Assembly (NCBI GenBank): GCA_964573245.1
Contig: CAZNJA010000011.1
Span: 8,637-37,304 of the forward strand
From: an uncultured bacterium
Lineage (GTDB): Bacteria > CAIJMQ01
Length of the DNA stretch: 28,668 bases
Direction: 5' to 3'
Shown here: piece by piece, positions 24,052 through 28,668 of the stretch
How the letters are laid out: every line of letters starts with the position of its first letter
Numbering within the stretch: position 1 is the first letter of the stretch
The notes under the pieces: model-generated
Databases searched by the model: none
What the model was told of the DNA's origin: nothing
What the model saw: the letters and a program-made list of their open reading frames with translations, nothing else
Made by a program: the position numbers and the translations under genes

Positions 24052-25520
24052 TGCTTAAATCCATCTCATTTAGAACAATAATTGTATTTATTTTCTATAT
24101 AGTCTTGTACAATCAAGTTTATGCAACTGATGAACTAGCTAAAGAAACCAACAATTTCCCATTAATATTTTTTGTAGCAATTGTCATTGTTAGTTTATTA
24201 ATTGCCTTTATTTTGATTTTTTTTGCTAAACAACATGCTCAGATATCAGAACAATATATGCCCTCCAAAAAAGAGCCAATCGATTCAGTTATTTTCGAAG
24301 AAATAAATAGATTGACAAATTCCGAGGGTCATCAAAAAAAAGAAACTATTAAAAAAATTTCCAGTCTTTTTAAAGAAGAAATTCAAAAAAAGGTTGATAC
24401 GGTTACTCAGGAAATAAGCCGGAAATATGATACTACAATCAAAGAACAAAACCAAAACCTAACAATGGTTCAGCAAAAGTATACTAAGCTGGATTCGGAC
24501 AAAAAACAGACTGAATCAATTATTAGAAGTATTGCCGAAGGTTTGGTAGTCGTAAATAATAAAGGTGAGGTTCTTTTAATGAATCCCGTTGCAAAAAACC
24601 TTCTTGGAGTTAAAGAGGAAAAGAACAGACCTAATCTTAATAATCTCGGGGATGAGTATCTACTGTCTTTTAAAAAATCCACTGAAGAAAAGCAGGAAAT
24701 AGTTATTCAAAGTTCCAAAGATGAGACTAAAAAAGTTTTAAGGTCAAGTAGCGCTGTAATAGAAAATGAAAACGGGAAAACTATAGGGATGGTTTCAGTT
24801 TTGAGCGATGTTACTAAACAAAAGGAATTGGAAGAGATGAAATCAAGTTTTGTTTCCAGCATTTCCCATGAATTACGTACACCTTTGATATCTATCCAGA
24901 AATCGGTAGATTTAATATTAAGTAAAGCAGCTGGTCCACTCACTAAAGAACAAGAAAACTTTCTCAATATCACTGGGAATAATTTGAAGAGACTTACTTA
25001 TCTTATCAATGATATTTTAGACCTTTCTAAAATGGAATCAAAGAAGATGACACTGGAGTTAAAACCTACCCAGATAGAAAAAGTTATCAATGATGCTTGC
25101 GAGAGTTTGCAGGGTTGGGCAGATTCAAAATCCATTAAAATAGATAAAATAATTGCTGAGAATTTACCTGATGTTAACATAGATTCTTTCCGGGTAATCC
25201 AAATATTCAATAATCTACTTGGAAATGCTATGAAATTTACTCCCCAAAATGGTGTTATTAGCATTAAAGTTCAATTAATAGAACCAAAAAACAAGCTGGA
25301 GATCAGTGTAAGTGATACAGGTATAGGAATAGACGAAAAAGACATTGACAAAGTTTTTGATAGATTTCAACAGGGAGGCAATAGAGTGTCCACCGATATA
25401 AGCGGGACAGGCTTAGGTTTATTTATCACCAAAGAACTTGTCCAGCTACATGGTGGAAAAATTTGGGTGGAAAGCAAAAAAGCTCAAGGAACCAAATTCA
25501 CATTCAATCTCCCTCTTTAA
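24051..25520 (+). CDS. Membrane-anchored PAS histidine kinase
   Basis: Two N-terminal hydrophobic segments, coiled coil, PAS, SHELRTPL, NLLGNAMKF, DTGIGI, GTGLGL. Confidence 0.93.
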   Translation: MLKSISFRTIIVFIFYIVLYNQVYATDELAKETNNFPLIFFVAIVIVSLLIAFILIFFAKQHAQISEQYMPSKKEPIDSVIFEEINRLTNSEGHQKKETIKKISSLFKEEIQKKVDTVTQEISRKYDTTIKEQNQNLTMVQQKYTKLDSDKKQTESIIRSIAEGLVVVNNKGEVLLMNPVAKNLLGVKEEKNRPNLNNLGDEYLLSFKKSTEEKQEIVIQSSKDETKKVLRSSSAVIENENGKTIGMVSVLSDVTKQKELEEMKSSFVSSISHELRTPLISIQKSVDLILSKAAGPLTKEQENFLNITGNNLKRLTYLINDILDLSKMESKKMTLELKPTQIEKVINDACESLQGWADSKSIKIDKIIAENLPDVNIDSFRVIQIFNNLLGNAMKFTPQNGVISIKVQLIEPKNKLEISVSDTGIGIDEKDIDKVFDRFQQGGNRVSTDISGTGLGLFITKELVQLHGGKIWVESKKAQGTKFTFNLPL

Positions 25521-25554
25521 AATACCAGTCTAAACTAATTAAAAAATAGTTACT

Positions 25555-26508
25555 ATGGGTAAAAAAGCGAAATATATAATATTTTATGTTTTATTTTTAA
25601 TTATATACAGCAGCGGACTATCGCAAGAGGAAAAAGCTAAAAATTTATTGATTATTATGGATTCTTCAAGAAGCATGCTTCAACTAACTAGCGACGGCAA
25701 AGAGAAATTATGGGCAGCAAAAATGGCTTTGAACAAATTACTCGATAAACTGCCCGATGAGATAAATGTTGCTCTTATGGTTTTTGGACATAGAGAAAAA
25801 GATAAATGTGACGATATAGAAATAGTTTTGCCACTTGCTCCTTTGGATAAAACAGCTATAAGGAAAACATTAGAACCTTTGAAACCAACCGGAGTAACTC
25901 CTCTTATGGCTTCATTAGACCGAGCAGCTGAACACCTTGAGCAATTTAACGGTAAATCTACAATATTATTGTTGACTGATGGGAGAGAAACATGTGGCGG
26001 TAACCCTGTAGAATTAGTTTCTAATATATTAGATAAATACGGCATAATAGTAATAGTAGATGTTGTGGGACTTAATGTGAAATTAATTGAAAAAACCCAA
26101 TTAGAAGCTATAGCAAAAGCAGGAGGAGGCAACTATTATTCTGCAAATAGTTCATATGAACTTGCCTTTGTTATTACAGAAGCTGTAGAACAAAGAGTGA
26201 TAGAAATAGACGAAAATAAAAACCAAAAGTCAAAAGAACAAAAAGCAGAAAAAATAAATAATGGTAAACTTGGAACTTTATTGATAAACCACACTCATAT
26301 TTTAAACTCTATAGTTATTTATGACAATCAAACAGGCGAAAGAGTAGACGGACAAACCATGTGGATCCATTCAGAAAATCAGTATAGCACCCTTTTAGAA
26401 GAAGGATTATATAAGATTGACATATATAGTTCCTCTCAAGAAACTCCTATAAAGATTGAAAACGTAAGGATCAAACCCAATAAGAAAACTACAATAAACG
26501 TAAATTAA
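25555..26508 (+). CDS. Exported vWA-domain protein
   Basis: Signal peptide, MIDAS DSSRS..GVTPL..LLTDG, C-terminal beta domain. Confidence 0.9.
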   Translation: MGKKAKYIIFYVLFLIIYSSGLSQEEKAKNLLIIMDSSRSMLQLTSDGKEKLWAAKMALNKLLDKLPDEINVALMVFGHREKDKCDDIEIVLPLAPLDKTAIRKTLEPLKPTGVTPLMASLDRAAEHLEQFNGKSTILLLTDGRETCGGNPVELVSNILDKYGIIVIVDVVGLNVKLIEKTQLEAIAKAGGGNYYSANSSYELAFVITEAVEQRVIEIDENKNQKSKEQKAEKINNGKLGTLLINHTHILNSIVIYDNQTGERVDGQTMWIHSENQYSTLLEEGLYKIDIYSSSQETPIKIENVRIKPNKKTTINVN

Positions 26509-26538
26509 TTCCGTATCCCTTCAGGAAAATATAGCAAT

Positions 26539-26922
26539 TTATTGTTCTTTAAATTTTAAAGCTTTTTCTATAGTTTTAATAATAAAATCTGTTTGTGCAG
26601 GCTTTGTAATATAGTCTACTACTCCCACTTTATAAGCTTTAAGTTTATCTATATCCTTATCCAAAGCAGAAAGCACGATTATAGGAATTCGGCTACCCAC
26701 AGGATCTTCATTTAACATCTGACAAGCTTCTATGCCTCCTACCCCTGGCATAAGCAAATCAAGTAAAATAACATCAGGTTTAAAATCGTTTACTCGGGAT
26801 ATAATATCTTTAGCAATTGATAAGGTTAAAACATCGTATTCCCCGGTTTGTTCTAAATTCAACTTTAACATCTTCAAGAAATCCTCTTCATCATCAACAA
26901 TCATTATCTTTTTCTTTTCCAT
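26539..26922 (-). CDS. Single-domain response regulator
   Basis: IVDDEE, LLDLLMP, IVLSA, YITKP. Confidence 0.93.
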   Translation of the reverse strand: MEKKKIMIVDDEEDFLKMLKLNLEQTGEYDVLTLSIAKDIISRVNDFKPDVILLDLLMPGVGGIEACQMLNEDPVGSRIPIIVLSALDKDIDKLKAYKVGVVDYITKPAQTDFIIKTIEKALKFKEQ

Positions 26923-26924
26923 AA

Positions 26925-28136
26925 TTATTTACCTCCACGAATTTTTAATGTTATTATACATTTTGTTCCTTTATTTTCTTGACTTTGCACTCCTATCATA
27001 CCTGTATGCATTTCAATTATATTCCTTGTAACAGAAAGGCCCAAGCCCGCTCCTCCTCTGGGACCTTTTGTAGTAAAAAAAGGTGTGTAAAGTTTCTGCA
27101 GATTTTCCTTGGAAATACCGGCACCCGTATCCTCTATCTCTATAATAGCCGCCTTTTCGCCAAGTCCAAAATAATCACTTGCTCTTCTACCTACCCTATT
27201 CTCCAGCTTATCAAGTTTTTTTGTATAACCGCGTATAAAAATTGTTCCGCCATTAGGCATAGCTTGAACAGCATTCAAAAACAAATTAATAAATACTTGT
27301 TCCATTTTCGCACCGTCAATCAAAACTCTCGGAAAATTCTTTTTAAATTCTTTAACGATTTTAATATTTTCAAGTTTAACTCTGGGTTTTATTAAATCTA
27401 ACGAATGTATTATTGTAGGTTTTATATCTTGTGATTTTAATGTTAATTCTGATATCCTTACAAAATCAGAAAGAGTGCGGATAATATGGTCAGCTCTTTT
27501 TATATTATCCATTATCATATTAAGAGTATCTTGTATGTTTTTTTTAGGAGAATGAACATTCTCTTTTAAATATTCAGTTGCCTGCATAATGATCGCTAAT
27601 GGATTTTTAACCTCATGAGCTACACCACCCGCCAGTTGGACTATGGCATTGGCTTTCTCTGCTTGAATGAGTTCAACTCTTGCTTCACTGAGTTTGGAGT
27701 AAGCTTTTTTCAATTCTTCTTCTGTTTTCTTGTATTTGGTAATATCAATGGTAAATCCGATAATACCTATAATATCCCCTTTTTCATTACGGTACGGTAT
27801 TTTATTTGTCTGTACCCACAGTAAGCCTTTCTTAGTGCGCATTGTTTCAATAATGTCTAATTTCGGTTCTCCGGACTTTATAACTTCTTTATCATCTTTC
27901 CAGTAATGGTCAGCTTCTTCCTTGGGATAAAGGTCCCACAGAGTCTTACCTTCAATCTTTCCTTTTGAAAGACCATTTGCTTTAGCAAATGCGGCGTTGA
28001 CATATATAAAACGGTTTTTACGGTCCTTATAAAAAATCATTGTCGGCGAAGAATTGAAAATAATGTTAAGTTCATTGTATTTTTGATTCAATGTCTTCTT
28101 TATCTTTTTATTGATTTTTTTACTTTTCCCTGCCAT
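26925..28136 (-). CDS. Cytoplasmic PAS histidine kinase (NtrB-like)
   Basis: PAS/PAC, AHEVKNPL, NLFLNAVQAM, DTGAGI, PFFTTK, GAGLGL. Confidence 0.93.
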   Translation of the reverse strand: MAGKSKKINKKIKKTLNQKYNELNIIFNSSPTMIFYKDRKNRFIYVNAAFAKANGLSKGKIEGKTLWDLYPKEEADHYWKDDKEVIKSGEPKLDIIETMRTKKGLLWVQTNKIPYRNEKGDIIGIIGFTIDITKYKKTEEELKKAYSKLSEARVELIQAEKANAIVQLAGGVAHEVKNPLAIIMQATEYLKENVHSPKKNIQDTLNMIMDNIKRADHIIRTLSDFVRISELTLKSQDIKPTIIHSLDLIKPRVKLENIKIVKEFKKNFPRVLIDGAKMEQVFINLFLNAVQAMPNGGTIFIRGYTKKLDKLENRVGRRASDYFGLGEKAAIIEIEDTGAGISKENLQKLYTPFFTTKGPRGGAGLGLSVTRNIIEMHTGMIGVQSQENKGTKCIITLKIRGGK

Positions 28137-28159
28137 TTAAAAGCCCCCTTTTAATGATA

Positions 28160-28668
28160 CTATTTTACACTTAATTCTGATTTACTGGGTAAAATAAACA
28201 CTTTTGATATATACATATTACATCTGACAATATTGGTTTCTTCTTCCTTCGGCGTGATTAACATTCTTTCTACGCTTAATAATTGTTCGGAGTTTTCTAT
28301 TCTATAAAGAAAATCAAAAATATTTCCCATCGAAGCTTCACAATTTAAACTTATAAAATATTCTTTTATTGAATCATCTTCTTCTTGAGAAAGAGCTGGT
28401 TTTATATCCAATAATTCCACAGAAGAATTCTTAGTTAAATTTTCGATACTTGTTAAAAATGTAATTGGCTCTTCTTGTTTTGACTCTATTTTTTCAAAGT
28501 ATGGCGCATATTTATCATATTCAGTCATAATTTCGTCCTTACGCGATAATAAAAGAAGGTTCTTCCTGATGTTCTTCTCCTGTTCATTGGTCTCTTTATC
28601 CAGAAGCTCAATCTTTAAAATAGCAGGGTTTAAAATTAAATGGTTCATCGCTAAAGAGAAAACCAAAA
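28160..28668 (-). CDS. PilO/GspM-like pilus/secretion alignment protein, partial (5' end outside window)
   Basis: TM end, coiled coil, FL..IENL...S.VEL.DIKP, IFDFLYRIEN...LLSVERM.I pattern. Confidence 0.65.
   Translation of the reverse strand, partial: LVFSLAMNHLILNPAILKIELLDKETNEQEKNIRKNLLLLSRKDEIMTEYDKYAPYFEKIESKQEEPITFLTSIENLTKNSSVELLDIKPALSQEEDDSIKEYFISLNCEASMGNIFDFLYRIENSEQLLSVERMLITPKEEETNIVRCNMYISKVFILPSKSELSVK

Noticed and set aside
1556-27824. Numerous short ORFs antisense or out of frame to recognised genes
   Set aside because: They overlap well-supported CDSs entirely or almost entirely and show no motifs.

Overview
AT-rich bacterial chromosomal window; the gene families suggest a PVC-type lineage such as Ca. 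Omnitrophota (inference only). The left half (minus strand) is a metal/cofactor region: a partial membrane-anchored hypothetical gene missing from the ORF track, larB-larE, an ECF nickel transporter (nikMNQO-type) with a palindromic NikR-like operator, two hypothetical genes, ilvC, fur-feoA-feoB with a Fur box, nikR, a solo PD-(D/E)XK nuclease, a PAS/HD-GYP protein and queC. The middle holds tRNA-Lys and tRNA-Glu next to a ~3 kb segment carrying dapF-dapL. That segment is bounded by a duplicated 5' half of tRNA-Lys and contains two homologous att-arm-like modules and an unannotated 44-codon pyrG tail, which together look like an integration scar. The right half is a T2SS/type IV pilus cluster (stand-alone MshEN, GspE/PilB, PilZ, GspF/PilC, metallopeptidase, partial PilO-like). 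Divergent from it is a tightly coupled operon in which an orphan ATP synthase epsilon-like and an orphan c-subunit-like gene sit between a membrane protein and a two-component system; this is the best candidate for an undescribed system. At least three families of small repeats (GC hairpins, ACCCCGTTAGAGAT-ended MITEs, 7-mer periodic inverted repeats) insert into genes, supply stop codons and nest inside each other.
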